Assembly (NCBI GenBank): GCA_041659805.1
Contig: JBAZXP010000001.1
Span: 640,589 to 704,588 of the forward strand
From: Microgenomates group bacterium
GTDB taxonomy: Bacteria > Patescibacteriota > Microgenomatia > Daviesbacterales > UBA10151
DNA: 64,000 nucleotides
Direction of reading: 5' to 3'
Shown one piece after another: positions 19,338 through 30,072 of this stretch. A program made the translations under genes and the position numbers. Below the pieces are notes generated by a model, which made no database searches, was not told the origin of the DNA, and saw nothing but the letters and a program-made list of their open reading frames with translations. Positions within the stretch are counted from its first letter, which is position 1, and each line of letters opens with the position of its first letter.

Positions 19338-20656
19338 AATATGAACCTGTAATTGGTTTGGAAGTTCATGTAGAGTTGAACACTAAAAGTAAAATGTTTT
19401 GCAGGTGTTCTGCAGATTATTTTGGTGCAAAACCTAATACTCACACTTGTCCTGTTTGTTTAGGTTTACCTGGTGCACTCCCCTTCGCCAATAAACAGGC
19501 GATAGAAGATTGTATGAAGATAGGTCTTGCCTTAAATTGTGAAGTCTCTGAAATTTCCAGATTTGAAAGAAAAAATTATTTTTATCCAGACCTTGCCAAA
19601 GGCTATCAGATTTCCCAATACCGTTGGCCACTTACTATAAATGGTTGGTTGGAAGTCGAAAACCAACAAGGGGAAATAGTAACAATCAGAATTAATCGTG
19701 CACATCAGGAAGAAGATACTGGAAAACTAACACATCAAGATGGCGTAACTTTAATCGATTACAACCGTTCCAGCGTTCCTCTGGTTGAAGTAGTGACTGA
19801 GCCTGATTTTCATGATACCTCAGAAGTCCGGGATTACGCGAAAAAACTCCAGCAGCTGTTCAGATATTTAGGAGTATCCAATGCAGATATGGAGCGGGGA
19901 GATATGAGACTGGAAGCAAATGTCAGTGTTCGCCCTGAGGGTACAAAAGAATTACCAAATTACAGGGTGGAATTAAAAAACATTAACTCTTTTAGATTTA
20001 TGGTGGCTGCAATTGAATATGAAATAAAAAGACAAATTGAAGCCTTGGAAAAAGGAGAAAAGTTAAATCAGGAAACCAGAGGCTGGGATGAAGATAAAAA
20101 ACAAACCTTTGTCCAAAGGTCAAAAGAAGAAGCAAACGATTACAGATATTTCCCTGACCCTGATTTACCCTTAATAGAATTTACAATTCCGGAAGTGGAT
20201 AAAATTAAAAGTGAATTACCAGAACTTCCCTGGCAAAAACTGGAAAGATTTATAGAAGATTATGAGATTTCAAACAGCAATGCCAAAATCTTAACAGAAG
20301 ACAGGAAAACAGCAGATCTTTTTGAGGAAGCTGTGAAATTAGGTTTAGAAAAACAAATCAAACCACAACAAATTGCTAATCTTGTAGTAAACCAAAAGAT
20401 CAAATTAGCCTCGCAAGAGGACGTCTTGCAGATACTGGAAAATATTGCTGATAAAAAAGTGGATTTAATAGAAGATGAAGGGGAACTGGAAAAATTAGCT
20501 AAAGAGGCTACAGAAGAAAATCAGGCTTCAGTTGATGCTTATAAATCAGGTAAGAAAGGAGCCTTAAATGTTTTATTAGGCTCAGTGATGAAAAAATCTA
20601 AAGGTAAAGCAAATACAGATAAAATCCGCTCTATTTTGGAAGAAAAATTGAAGTGA
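19334..20656 (+). CDS. gatB: Glu/Asp-tRNA amidotransferase subunit B
   Basis: [23 protein letters not shown]...[12 protein letters not shown] is the conserved GatB N-terminus. ATGA overlaps the gatA stop. Confidence 0.9.
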   Translation: MKYEPVIGLEVHVELNTKSKMFCRCSADYFGAKPNTHTCPVCLGLPGALPFANKQAIEDCMKIGLALNCEVSEISRFERKNYFYPDLAKGYQISQYRWPLTINGWLEVENQQGEIVTIRINRAHQEEDTGKLTHQDGVTLIDYNRSSVPLVEVVTEPDFHDTSEVRDYAKKLQQLFRYLGVSNADMERGDMRLEANVSVRPEGTKELPNYRVELKNINSFRFMVAAIEYEIKRQIEALEKGEKLNQETRGWDEDKKQTFVQRSKEEANDYRYFPDPDLPLIEFTIPEVDKIKSELPELPWQKLERFIEDYEISNSNAKILTEDRKTADLFEEAVKLGLEKQIKPQQIANLVVNQKIKLASQEDVLQILENIADKKVDLIEDEGELEKLAKEATEENQASVDAYKSGKKGALNVLLGSVMKKSKGKANTDKIRSILEEKLK

Positions 20657-20716
20657 AAATACCACTTGAAATAGGTATCCACTCGACTGTTAAAATGGGT
20701 ACGGTTAAAATTTCTT

Positions 20717-23700
20717 ATGCCTAAATTTGTTCATCTTCATGGTCATAGTGAATATTCTCTTTTAGACGGTTTATCCAAGATAAAAAAACTTGTAAAAGTT
20801 GCCAAAGAATATGATATGCCAGCTATAGCTGTGACTGATCACGGAGTAATGTATGGCGCAATTGAATTTTATAAATCAGCTCTGGAAGAAAATATTAAAC
20901 CTATTGTTGGCTGTGAGGTTTATGTGGCAAAAAGATCCCACAAAGATAAAGAAGGAAAGATAGATACAGAACCATACCATTTAACACTGCTAGCTAAAAA
21001 TTATAAAGGCTATAAAAATTTGATGAAGCTGGTGTCTATTGCTCATCTTGACGGTTATTACTACAAACCCAGGGTGGATAAAGATTTGCTTAAGGAATAT
21101 CACGAAGGAATCATCGCTTTGTCTGGTTGTCCAGGTGGTGAATTTGCAGAAAGCTTAAAACCAGATAGCTTTAAAGATGGGGAAGAAATCGCCCGTAAGT
21201 ATTTAGAAATTTTTGGTGAAGGAAATTACTTTATGGAGTTGCAGAATCATGAATATGAATCTTTATTGCTAAAACATGCTAATTCTGATCCTAAAATTAA
21301 AGCAGATTTGGAAAGAATGGCTAATTTTCAAAAAATGTGGTGGAAAGCAGTCAAAGAAATCAGTCCAAAAATTGGAGTTCCAATAGTTGCTACCAATGAT
21401 TACCATTATGTGAAACAGGATGATGCAAATGCACAAGATGCAGTCCTTTGTGTGCAAACAGGTAAATTTATAAAAGACATTGATAGGCTCCGGATGATCG
21501 ATACCCCTAATCTTTATATCCGCTCAGGAGATGAAATGGCAAATATGTTTTCTGAAGTACCTGATGCAATTTCCAATACAGTTAAAGTGGCAGATATGAC
21601 TAATTTGGAGATTCCTTTAGGAAAAGCCTACTTTCCTATTTTTGATATACCACAAGGTTTGACACCTATGGACTATTTAAGGCAACTTTGCGAGGAAGGT
21701 TTTAACCAAAAATATCCTGAAGGTGCTAAATTACCAGCTCCCTTAGAAGTTTTAAGAGAGAGGTTGGAATATGAGCTGTCAGTCATTGAAAAGAAAAATT
21801 ACCCCACTTATTTTTTAATTGTTTCAGATTTTATTAAGTGGTCTCATGATCAAAGAATTATTACCAACACCAGGGGTTCTGCTGCAGGCTCGCTTGTACT
21901 TTTTTGTTTAGGGGTAACTAACATTGATCCGATTGCATATATGTTACCTTTTGAAAGGTTTTTAAATCCTATGAGGCCGTCACTCCCTGATATTGATTCC
22001 GATATTGCAGATGATCGCCGTGACGATGTTATCAGGTACATTAGGGATAAATATGGACAGGATAAAGTGGCACACATTATTACTTACGGAACTATGATGG
22101 GGCGTGCTGCCATCCGCGATATTGGGAGGGTTTTAGGACTTCCTTATGGACAGGTTGATGGAATTGCCAAGCTTGTTCCTCCTCCCAGACAGGGTTTTCA
22201 TCAGACCTTGGACGATGCTTTAAAAGAAGTACCGGAATTGAGTGTGCAATATAAGCAGGATCCTGAAGTGAGAACTTTGATTGATCTGGCTAAAAAAGTT
22301 GAAGGAACAATCAGGCATGCTTCAGTCCATGCAGCAGGCTTGGTCATTGCTCCTACACCTCTCACTGATTTTACCCCAATTCAGAGGGAATCTAAGGGAG
22401 AAAAGATTGTGACCCAATATGAGATGCACGCAATAGAAGATGTAGGCTTGGTTAAAATGGATATGTTGGGAATAAGAAATCTTTCTATTTTAGGGCGGGC
22501 TGTTGCGATCGTAAAAGAAACTCATGGATTAGATATAGATTTAAATAATCTGCCTTTAGATGATGAGCAAAGCTCCATCCATCCTGAATATCCTAAGGAT
22601 GGATGTAAAAAAACGTATGAACTATTAGGCAGAGGGGACACTATTGGGCTTTTCCAGCTTGAGGGTTCTGGTATGACTAAATATTTAGTTGATCTGAAGC
22701 CAACCAATATTTTTGATATTTCGGCAATGGTTGCTTTATATCGTCCTGGTCCTTTGGCAATTATTCCTGAATATATTGCCCGCAAACACAATCCCAAACT
22801 CATTAAATATTTTGACCCAAGGATGGAAGAATATTTACAAAGGTCCTTAGGGCTTTTGGTTTATCAGGATGATGTTTTATTAACTGCTATAAAAATTGCA
22901 GGATATGACTGGGAGGAAGCAGATAAATTCAGAAAAGCTATGGGTAAAAAGATTCCTGCAGAAATGGCTAAACAAAAAGATCATTTTATTACAGGTTCAA
23001 TTAAGAATGGAATGGATAAAAAACAAGCAGAAGAGTTGTTTAAATTAATTGAGCCGTTTGCGGCGTATGGGTTTAATAAGGCTCATGCAGCCTCTTATGC
23101 CATGGTGGCTTATCAAACTGCATATATGAAGGCAAACTATACAGCAGAGTTTATGGCGGCTGTGATGACTGCTGAGTATGGGGATCCGGATAAGATTTCA
23201 GCTGCGATGGAAGAATGTAAAAGGCTGGGGATTATTGTTTTGCCTCCTGATGTAAATAAGTCAAAAGTTGATTTTACTTTGCAGAATATAAAAGATCTAA
23301 CAGAAGATCAATTAAAACGTCAGATTGGTGAAACAAAGGCCAATACACACGAGAAAGCCATTATTTTTGGGTTGTCTGCCATTAAAAATGTTGGCATCTC
23401 TGCAATAGAATCAATATTAAAAGCCAGACAAAAAGGAGAATTTAAATCTTTGGCAGATCTTTGCTCCAGAGTTGATAACCGTTTGGTAAATAAAAAAACT
23501 TTAGAAAGCTTAATTAAATCAGGGGCTATGGATTCGCTTGGTAGTAGGGCTTCTCAGCTTTTGGTGATGGAACAAATTTTAGAAAAAGTTCACCAAAATG
23601 CCAAAAAAGCAGTTTCAGGCCAGGTGGGTTTATTCAGTGAAGAAGAAAGTGTGAATGTTATAAATATAGATTTGCCTGAAATAGAAGAATTAGCACTGGA

Positions 23701-24391
23701 TCAAATGTTAGCCTTTGAAAAAGATTTGTTGGGATTTTATTTACATGAACCACCTTATATTAAGCTGTTGGCTCAAATCGGTAAATATACTTCTTATAAA
23801 ATTTCTGATTTGTCTGAGCATATTGTGGGGCAAAAAGTGGTTGTGGGAGGAGTAATTATGGAATTAAAAAAAGTTTTAACAAAGAAAAACCAATCTGAGA
23901 TGGCTTTCTTGAAAATTTCAGACTTAACTACAGAGATTGAAACTGTAGTTTTCCCTAAAACATATGAAGAAACAAAGCATTTTTTAACTAAAGATACTGT
24001 GGTAATTATTTGGGCGAAAGTTGATAACCGCGAAGATAAATTATCTCTGGTGATTGATAATATAACTCCTTTTGATCCTAATTTACCCCCTGATGCTATC
24101 GGTGAAGATGTGGAAGACAGAAAGTCCTATTCTAGTGAGCCTAAAACTTATAGAGATTTGGAAATTATGGTGCCGAAGGATTGTGGGGTAGATATTTTGC
24201 AAAAGGTAAATAAAACTCTCAGAGGATATCCCGGAAAGAAAAAAGTGGCTATATTACTCCCGAGTGGAGGTTCTGATTTAAGGATCATGGATCTGCCTTT
24301 TGGAGTTAATTTAGAGCCATTAATGATTGAAGAATTAGAACAATTATTAGGCATTGGAGCGGTTATTGATTTAAGTGCCCGAAAAGGGTAA
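20717..24391 (+). CDS. dnaE: DNA polymerase III alpha subunit
   Basis: A 1224-aa product. N-terminal PHP domain (FVHLHGHSEYSLLDG), polymerase core (GSAAGSLVLFCLGVTNIDP, DIDSDIADDRRD), HhH and OB-fold regions. Confidence 0.9.
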   Translation: MPKFVHLHGHSEYSLLDGLSKIKKLVKVAKEYDMPAIAVTDHGVMYGAIEFYKSALEENIKPIVGCEVYVAKRSHKDKEGKIDTEPYHLTLLAKNYKGYKNLMKLVSIAHLDGYYYKPRVDKDLLKEYHEGIIALSGCPGGEFAESLKPDSFKDGEEIARKYLEIFGEGNYFMELQNHEYESLLLKHANSDPKIKADLERMANFQKMWWKAVKEISPKIGVPIVATNDYHYVKQDDANAQDAVLCVQTGKFIKDIDRLRMIDTPNLYIRSGDEMANMFSEVPDAISNTVKVADMTNLEIPLGKAYFPIFDIPQGLTPMDYLRQLCEEGFNQKYPEGAKLPAPLEVLRERLEYELSVIEKKNYPTYFLIVSDFIKWSHDQRIITNTRGSAAGSLVLFCLGVTNIDPIAYMLPFERFLNPMRPSLPDIDSDIADDRRDDVIRYIRDKYGQDKVAHIITYGTMMGRAAIRDIGRVLGLPYGQVDGIAKLVPPPRQGFHQTLDDALKEVPELSVQYKQDPEVRTLIDLAKKVEGTIRHASVHAAGLVIAPTPLTDFTPIQRESKGEKIVTQYEMHAIEDVGLVKMDMLGIRNLSILGRAVAIVKETHGLDIDLNNLPLDDEQSSIHPEYPKDGCKKTYELLGRGDTIGLFQLEGSGMTKYLVDLKPTNIFDISAMVALYRPGPLAIIPEYIARKHNPKLIKYFDPRMEEYLQRSLGLLVYQDDVLLTAIKIAGYDWEEADKFRKAMGKKIPAEMAKQKDHFITGSIKNGMDKKQAEELFKLIEPFAAYGFNKAHAASYAMVAYQTAYMKANYTAEFMAAVMTAEYGDPDKISAAMEECKRLGIIVLPPDVNKSKVDFTLQNIKDLTEDQLKRQIGETKANTHEKAIIFGLSAIKNVGISAIESILKARQKGEFKSLADLCSRVDNRLVNKKTLESLIKSGAMDSLGSRASQLLVMEQILEKVHQNAKKAVSGQVGLFSEEESVNVINIDLPEIEELALDQMLAFEKDLLGFYLHEPPYIKLLAQIGKYTSYKISDLSEHIVGQKVVVGGVIMELKKVLTKKNQSEMAFLKISDLTTEIETVVFPKTYEETKHFLTKDTVVIIWAKVDNREDKLSLVIDNITPFDPNLPPDAIGEDVEDRKSYSSEPKTYRDLEIMVPKDCGVDILQKVNKTLRGYPGKKKVAILLPSGGSDLRIMDLPFGVNLEPLMIEELEQLLGIGAVIDLSARKG

Positions 24392-24401
24392 AATTACTCT
24401 C

Positions 24402-24716
24402 ATGATTTCATTTGAATTGAACGATCAAAATATTCATATCGGCGACACTATCCGTGTTCACTCTACTGTGGTTGAAGGAACCAAAAGCAGGGTTCAGGTT
24501 TTTGAAGGTATTTTAATTGCTTTATCTGGTAGAGGCGAAAATAAAATGATGACTGTCAGACACATCGGTACAGGCGGAATCGGTGTTGAGAAGCAATGGC
24601 CTTTGAACGCGAAATCAATTGTTAAAATTGAGGTTATGAAACATGCAAAAAATGTCAGACGAAGCAAATTATATTATCTTAGAAATCTAATTGGACGTAA
24701 CGCCACAAGAGTATAA
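24402..24716 (+). CDS. rplS: 50S ribosomal protein L19
   Basis: MISFELNDQNIHIGDTIRVHSTVVEGTKSRVQVFEGILIALSGRG...RRSKLYYLR, the L19 signature. ATG at 24402. Confidence 0.85.
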   Translation: MISFELNDQNIHIGDTIRVHSTVVEGTKSRVQVFEGILIALSGRGENKMMTVRHIGTGGIGVEKQWPLNAKSIVKIEVMKHAKNVRRSKLYYLRNLIGRNATRV

Positions 24717-25328
24717 GTGATTTTCCCTACATTAAATTTTGAACAAGAACTTTGGAGTCAAGGTTTTAAATTAGTTTGCGGTATTGATGAAGTAGGACGT
24801 GGTTGTTTTGCAGGACCAGTAGTTGCAGGAGCTGTAGTTTTCCCTAAAGATATTATTTTGCCTACAGGTATTGCTGATTCAAAACTTTTAACTCCTCAAA
24901 AAAGAGAAATATTAACTTTAGAAATTAAGAAAGTGGCCTTATTTTGGGCAGTAGGAGAAATAAGCGTTCTACATATCAATAAGTTAGGAATAGGAAAAGC
25001 TACCCAGACGGCTTTTAGAAAAGCTATTAGTAATTTATCCAAAACCCCAGATTTCTATTTAATTGATGCTTTTTTTATTAAACATTTAGATAAAGTAAAA
25101 CAAAAACCAATAAAATTTGGTGATAAAATTTGTGCTTCAATTTCTGCTGCTTCCATAATTGCTAAGGTTTATAGAGATGATTTAATGAGAAAATTGCATA
25201 AAATATATCCGCAATATAATTTTGAGCAGAATAAAGGCTATGGAACTAAAGATCACAGAGATGCTATTAAAAAACATGGGCTATGTAAAATTCACAGAAC
25301 CTCTTTTAATTTAGACAAGTTTTTATGA
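24717..25328 (+). CDS. rnhB: Ribonuclease HII
   Basis: GTG start directly after the rplS stop. The active-site motif is GIDEVGRGCFAGPVVAGAV. The rplS-rnhB adjacency is a common conserved pairing. Confidence 0.85.
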   Translation: MIFPTLNFEQELWSQGFKLVCGIDEVGRGCFAGPVVAGAVVFPKDIILPTGIADSKLLTPQKREILTLEIKKVALFWAVGEISVLHINKLGIGKATQTAFRKAISNLSKTPDFYLIDAFFIKHLDKVKQKPIKFGDKICASISAASIIAKVYRDDLMRKLHKIYPQYNFEQNKGYGTKDHRDAIKKHGLCKIHRTSFNLDKFL

Positions 25329-25340
25329 CATAATAAATTT

Positions 25341-25700
25341 ATGTCAAATCTTACAACGGGAAATATCGGTGAGGATTTGGCAGTTAAATATCTTCAGAAA
25401 CAAGGTTATAAAATCCTGGAAAAAAATTACAGAATCAGAGGTGGAGAGATTGACATTGTGGCGTCTGACAAAGAATATTTAGTTTTTGTGGAAGTTAAAA
25501 CAAGATCTTCTCATGAGTATGGTTTGCCGGTTGAGGCAATAACTTTTTGGAAAATTAAGCATTTGCTAAAAACTGCCCAGTTTTATTTACAAAAAATTAA
25601 GTGGGGAGATAAACCATATAGATTAGATTTTATCTCAGTAGATTTTGCAAATTCTAAAAACGATCCTGAAATTACTTTGATAAAAAATATTACAGAATAA
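25341..25700 (+). CDS. yraN: YraN-family (UPF0102) endonuclease-like protein
   Basis: GEDLAVKYLQKQGYKILEKNYRIRGGEIDIVASDKEYLVFVEVKTR, a PD-(D/E)xK core of the YraN type. It conventionally follows rnhB. Confidence 0.7.
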   Translation: MSNLTTGNIGEDLAVKYLQKQGYKILEKNYRIRGGEIDIVASDKEYLVFVEVKTRSSHEYGLPVEAITFWKIKHLLKTAQFYLQKIKWGDKPYRLDFISVDFANSKNDPEITLIKNITE

Positions 25701-25742
25701 AGATATTGACATTTTTTATAGGGCTACTTATTCTGGTATGCA

Positions 25743-26303
25743 ATGCCAAGTAGTTCTGAAAGAAGGCTTATTAATTGGTTTGCTCGCAGTATATACAACA
25801 CTCAAAATGCGCCCAAAATAGTTGAAGTAAAAGCAGATAGAGAACAAGAAGCCCCTGATTCAATTTGTAAACTGGATGATGGCAGTGTGATTGCTCTAGA
25901 GTTGACTTCATTTGGTCCACCTAAAGGTACTACAGACAGGAACACCCCTTCTTGCACAAAGGATTTTGCGCCTTTGATAAAAACTTTGGGTAAAAAATTA
26001 CATAATGATTACAGAATTCCTGAAGCAGATGAGGTTTGGTTATTGGTTCATCTTCGCTACACTATGGAAAAAGAATTGGTTAAGGCTGTTTTGAAAGATC
26101 TTGAGATTCCTCCCAGATTTAATAAAATTTTTGTAGAATGGCCATTACCTCAAAAAACAGAAAGAATGAGTGTTAATGTTTTAGAATTGCCTTCATGCGA
26201 TCTTTGGGTGCCTGATTTGCCCAGACCCAACCGTTTTGTAAACCGCCTTCATTTACTTGACACAGAGACTTCTATCAAGGATCATAGACTTATTAATGAA
26301 TGA
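25743..26303 (+). CDS. Hypothetical protein with locally elevated GC
   Basis: A 186-aa ORF. An upstream promoter-like TTGACA-N17-TATTCT lies at 25706-25734. No motif. Confidence 0.35.
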   Translation: MPSSSERRLINWFARSIYNTQNAPKIVEVKADREQEAPDSICKLDDGSVIALELTSFGPPKGTTDRNTPSCTKDFAPLIKTLGKKLHNDYRIPEADEVWLLVHLRYTMEKELVKAVLKDLEIPPRFNKIFVEWPLPQKTERMSVNVLELPSCDLWVPDLPRPNRFVNRLHLLDTETSIKDHRLINE

Positions 26304-26444
26304 GCTGTTTTATATTTTATGCCTAAAACTCCGGAAGAGATTGCAAATGAATGCAACACAGTTCGTCAGAGCATAATCAGGATTAAAACTCAGGCATTGA
26401 GAAAACTATGTCATCATTCAATTAACAAAGAACTAAGAAATTTT

Positions 26445-27134
26445 TTAGTCAGGTAATTGGGGTAAATTTATAGGCGAGCCTTTTAGTCTATTCATTTTAA
26501 AGGCTAAATAATCTAAGTTACGACTTTTAGAAGGTGCATAATCAGCATTTATTGCCGAGTTTTGATTTAAAGCTGGGGTCCATTTGGAGAGAATCGGTTT
26601 TGCAAAATTAGGGATCTGTACTAGCATTGTTCCGTTATCGGCTAATTTTTTCCACATTTCATTTATCAGGAAATAGTAAATATCGTCACTGATAGGAAGT
26701 GAATATAACGCACCCTGAGGCATGCTGAGAATAAAATTCTGTTGCGAAGGAATTTTTTTCCAAAGACTATTTGATAGAACTTTTCCGGTAATAATGGAAA
26801 TTTTTCTTTTTGTATCCTCCTCTTTTTCCTGATCAGTACGGTTATCAGCTAGCCTAACAGCAATACCCTTTGTTGGTCTGAGCTCTTTTAGAAGCTGTGT
26901 GCCTCCCATTATATTCATGACATATGTGCTTTCCGGGTGGGAAGATTTATATTCGCTTATTGTTTCATATAGCGGCTTATCTAATACTGGTGCAAAAAAA
27001 CTTTCAAATTGCGAAAGATTTTCATTATCGAATCTCCAGGCTTCTTCGCCTCCCTGTCGTTGCGCCTCCTCTTCCAAAGCTATCTTTTTTGTTTCCCGTT
27101 GAGTCTTTAATAATTCGCCTAGTAGGTCTGACAT
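26445..27134 (-). CDS. Hypothetical protein
   Basis: A 229-aa ORF convergent with the previous gene. Not recognised. Confidence 0.35.
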   Translation of the reverse strand: MSDLLGELLKTQRETKKIALEEEAQRQGGEEAWRFDNENLSQFESFFAPVLDKPLYETISEYKSSHPESTYVMNIMGGTQLLKELRPTKGIAVRLADNRTDQEKEEDTKRKISIITGKVLSNSLWKKIPSQQNFILSMPQGALYSLPISDDIYYFLINEMWKKLADNGTMLVQIPNFAKPILSKWTPALNQNSAINADYAPSKSRNLDYLAFKMNRLKGSPINLPQLPD

Positions 27135-27227
27135 AAAATTTGTATATTCACGATATGTAAAAGTTGATATCTTGTCAAGAAGGTTATCAGCTGGTAGCGC
27201 ACCCCAAGGATACTTACTACTTTGTAG

Positions 27228-27300
27228 TAGCGCCTACGGGATTCGAACCCGTGATTACTGGGATGAAAACCCAGTGTCCTAACCACTAGACGAAGGCGCC
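27228..27300 (-). tRNA. tRNA-Glu (anticodon TTC)
   Basis: The reverse complement reads GGCGCCTTCGTCTAGTGGTTAGGACACTGGGTTTTCATCCCAGTAATCACGGGTTCGAATCCCGTAGGCGCTA. The anticodon stem-loop is CTGGG-TTTTCAT-CCCAG. Confidence 0.85.
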
Positions 27301-27418
27301 GTTTCATTTTGCCTTCATCTGCGAGAGCAAAGCTCTCTAATGACGAAGGCGCCATGTTTTTATTGCCGTAATATATATTTTATCAGATTGAGGCTGACTT
27401 GACAACAAAATTTTCACG

Positions 27419-27694
27419 ATGTTTAATATGAATGTAGCTATGGGAAAAATTTTAGGAATTATTCTTGTATTAGTAGCGCTAGCAGGTGGGGTAGTTTATT
27501 ACACAACAAATCAGCGTACAGCGGCTCCTGTAGCTCCGAAAGTCAGCCTATCAACAGCAATTCCCACCGTAACTCCTGTTTCTTTAAATACCAGTGATGA
27601 GGCACTTGATTCAGATTTATCCGCCTTGGATAAAGATCTACTAGAATTGGATAAATCAGACAAGGCACTTACAAATGATATAAATTCCTTATGA
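27419..27694 (+). CDS. Small membrane-anchored hypothetical protein
   Basis: A 91-aa product with an N-terminal TM helix (ILGIILVLVALAGGVVYY). Promoter-like TTGACA at 27394. Confidence 0.3.
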   Translation: MFNMNVAMGKILGIILVLVALAGGVVYYTTNQRTAAPVAPKVSLSTAIPTVTPVSLNTSDEALDSDLSALDKDLLELDKSDKALTNDINSL

Positions 27695-28266
27695 AAAAAA
27701 TAATTTCTACATTACTTGTTATATTTGTTTTTTCTTTAGCTTTATCACCTATCTTAGCCAAAGAAAAAGAAGACTCTGATAAAGTTTTGGGCAAAGAAAG
27801 AGCTTCAATTGCACAGGAAAATAGAGGGAACAAACCCGAAATTGTAAGCACAAAATCAGGAGAAGAAGACAAGAAAATTAAAGTGAGGACAGCAGTTACA
27901 TCAAGATGGACTGCTTATGATAAATTAATAATCAGAGCAGGGCAGCTTTTAGATAAAATACAAATTAGAATAAACAGAGCTAAGGCTGCAGGGGCTGACA
28001 CTAAGAGTTCAGAAGCGTTGATGACAGATGCCAGGGCAAAATTGACAGATGCTAAGTCTAAAATGGATGCTCTTAAAAGTTTGGTGGGAACTGGCTTAGA
28101 TAAAAATAGTTTCAAGAATGCTCAAATGAATCTTCAGACAGTACATAAAGACTTAAATATCGTGAGACAGGATGTAGCTAAAATTATCAGTAATCTAAAA
28201 TCTTATAATGCTTCTACTAAGTCTGCAGAACTTCGTTCTACCACCTCTGCTGATAAAAAAGATTAA
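27691..28266 (+). CDS. Secreted coiled-coil hypothetical protein
   Basis: Signal peptide (MKKIISTLLVIFVFSLALSPILA), then K/A/D-rich helical sequence. It overlaps the previous stop (ATGA). Confidence 0.4.
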   Translation: MKKIISTLLVIFVFSLALSPILAKEKEDSDKVLGKERASIAQENRGNKPEIVSTKSGEEDKKIKVRTAVTSRWTAYDKLIIRAGQLLDKIQIRINRAKAAGADTKSSEALMTDARAKLTDAKSKMDALKSLVGTGLDKNSFKNAQMNLQTVHKDLNIVRQDVAKIISNLKSYNASTKSAELRSTTSADKKD

Positions 28267-28587
28267 ATTTTGCGCTTTAAACTTGACAAAATATACCCAA
28301 TGCTTTTAAATAAATTTCTAAGGAAATATCTGCGGAGATAAAACCTTAACTGCCAAAATCTGCCCCTGCCTTCTCCGTCATATAAACCCCATACTCTCTG
28401 CCTGTATGGTTTACACCACACAGAAGGGAGGAGAAATAAATGAGAAGACTTATATTTGCTCCTGTAGGCTCTTACAAAAATTATATGCCTATTGCAGGCA
28501 AGGGGTATCATTAGTTAAAAATTAGAAAAACTTCAAAATACTTTCATATTGAGCCTGTTTGGTGTAAAATATCAGTGTATTCTAGTC

Positions 28588-28660
28588 GGCCCGTTAGCTC
28601 AATGGTTAGAGCAGTAGCCTTTTAAGCTATTGGTTCTGAGTTCGAATCTCAGACGGGTCA
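28588..28660 (+). tRNA. tRNA-Lys (anticodon TTT)
   Basis: GGCCCGTTAGCTCAATGGTTAGAGCAGTAGCCTTTTAAGCTATTGGTTCTGAGTTCGAATCTCAGACGGGTCA. The anticodon stem-loop is GTAGC-CTTTTAA-GCTAT. Confidence 0.85.
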
Positions 28661-28708
28661 CACCCTATAGTTTGAATTTTGTACTTACCTAAAGTATAAT
28701 ATCAAGCT

Positions 28709-29923
28709 ATGATAAGCGAACTTCTGGTTCCCAGAAAACCAATTACTTTTACTCCTCTTGAAGAAGGCAGGTTTATTGCTTTATCAAATGACGTACCTGA
28801 TGTGTTGAAGCAACCAATGATTAGGTCTGAAGGAGGCTTATTAAAAGGCTATGAAAGTGGTTGGAGATCCGGATTAATTAAGTCCGAAAATCAATTGTAT
28901 AAAATAAAAAGCTGTAGACCTGTAGGAGGAAAGCGGGGAAATCAACCTAGGGGATCACATGTTTTATCAAGCGCACAATTTGAAGCGGATGATATGTTGG
29001 AAAGAAGAGAGGTTTTTTTAAAAAATGGCTTTGATTATCCTCTAGAACCAATTGGAATATGGGTTTATGATCATGTAAAGTTTAATGGCGAATCAAATGC
29101 AGCCACTCTTTATAGGGCTAAAGGTGACACTCGGCTTGATGAACTTATTTGGTGGGTTGAAAGAAGTCCTTATGAATATGCTTCATCAGAATACGCCAGT
29201 CAATTGTCTTATGCTTTTGACGAGTTAGGTTATCAAACTGGGAAAAGGTTAAAGTCCTTTCATGAAAATAATTTTTCCTGGGATTCTAGCCCAGTAACAA
29301 AAGCAAGTAATGCTCATCTTGGAAATATTGTTATTTTCCCTACTGATTCAGGAGCAGCTGAAGTAGGGATGGTGGATTTTGATATTTCCATTGGTTATCT
29401 AGATGGAGATCCAAAAGAATTACAGGAAACTGTAAAAATTATTCAAAAAAATGATCTTACCCGTTTTTGCTATTGGATGAATACTTCTGAGGTGGTAAGT
29501 AGGGCAAGAAGGATAAAATATTTTCACCCGTTTGTTGCCGGCAAAATTGTTGATTGTGTAATTAATCAAAATATTCCAGATTTAGACTGGGAAGAAGAAA
29601 TTGAAACCATTGGAATGGCAGGAGGTTATTTACTAAGAGCGTTAAATCCTTGTGAGGATATAGATAATCTTAAAAAAGAAATATGGCTAGGCTTTAAAAG
29701 TGGGTACAAGGGAAGTAATATCGAAAGTGAGGAGAGTCAAAAAATGTCTATTACCTGGGATGAGCTTGCAAGAATCCTTGGCCAGGCAAATAAAATTAGG
29801 CGGAATTTTATCAAAAGGCTTAAAGAGGAAATAGGACCAGACGCAGATAGAAATAGAATAAAAGAATTGGCATTATTTTATGATCGTAGAATTTCTCAAC
29901 ACACACAAAAAACTTTTGGTTAA
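28709..29923 (+). CDS. Hypothetical 404-aa protein with a weak kinase-like HxxN...DFD motif
   Basis: NAHLGNIVIFPTDSGAAEVGMVDFDIS resembles the catalytic-loop/DFG spacing of protein-kinase-like folds. It lacks the Asp after His, so the assignment is tentative. Confidence 0.4.
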   Translation: MISELLVPRKPITFTPLEEGRFIALSNDVPDVLKQPMIRSEGGLLKGYESGWRSGLIKSENQLYKIKSCRPVGGKRGNQPRGSHVLSSAQFEADDMLERREVFLKNGFDYPLEPIGIWVYDHVKFNGESNAATLYRAKGDTRLDELIWWVERSPYEYASSEYASQLSYAFDELGYQTGKRLKSFHENNFSWDSSPVTKASNAHLGNIVIFPTDSGAAEVGMVDFDISIGYLDGDPKELQETVKIIQKNDLTRFCYWMNTSEVVSRARRIKYFHPFVAGKIVDCVINQNIPDLDWEEEIETIGMAGGYLLRALNPCEDIDNLKKEIWLGFKSGYKGSNIESEESQKMSITWDELARILGQANKIRRNFIKRLKEEIGPDADRNRIKELALFYDRRISQHTQKTFG

Positions 29924-30072
29924 AATAAACGTTTAGTAAGCGGGCCCAAAGTAAGATCTATATGGTCTCCTTTTCTTGTAAAGGCATCAATTGGATGTTT
30001 AAACGTTTCATTATCAAATTCCATTGCCGAATTATCCTATATTATAGGACTAAAAGCAAGAAGTTTGTGAAG

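Noticed and set aside
27119-27355. 78-aa minus-strand ORF
   Set aside because: It overlaps tRNA-Glu (27228-27300) completely and is spurious.
28263-28511. 82-aa minus-strand ORF (Arg/Tyr/Leu-rich)
   Set aside because: Low-complexity basic composition, antisense to a promoter-bearing intergenic region. Treated as a non-coding or possible sRNA region instead.
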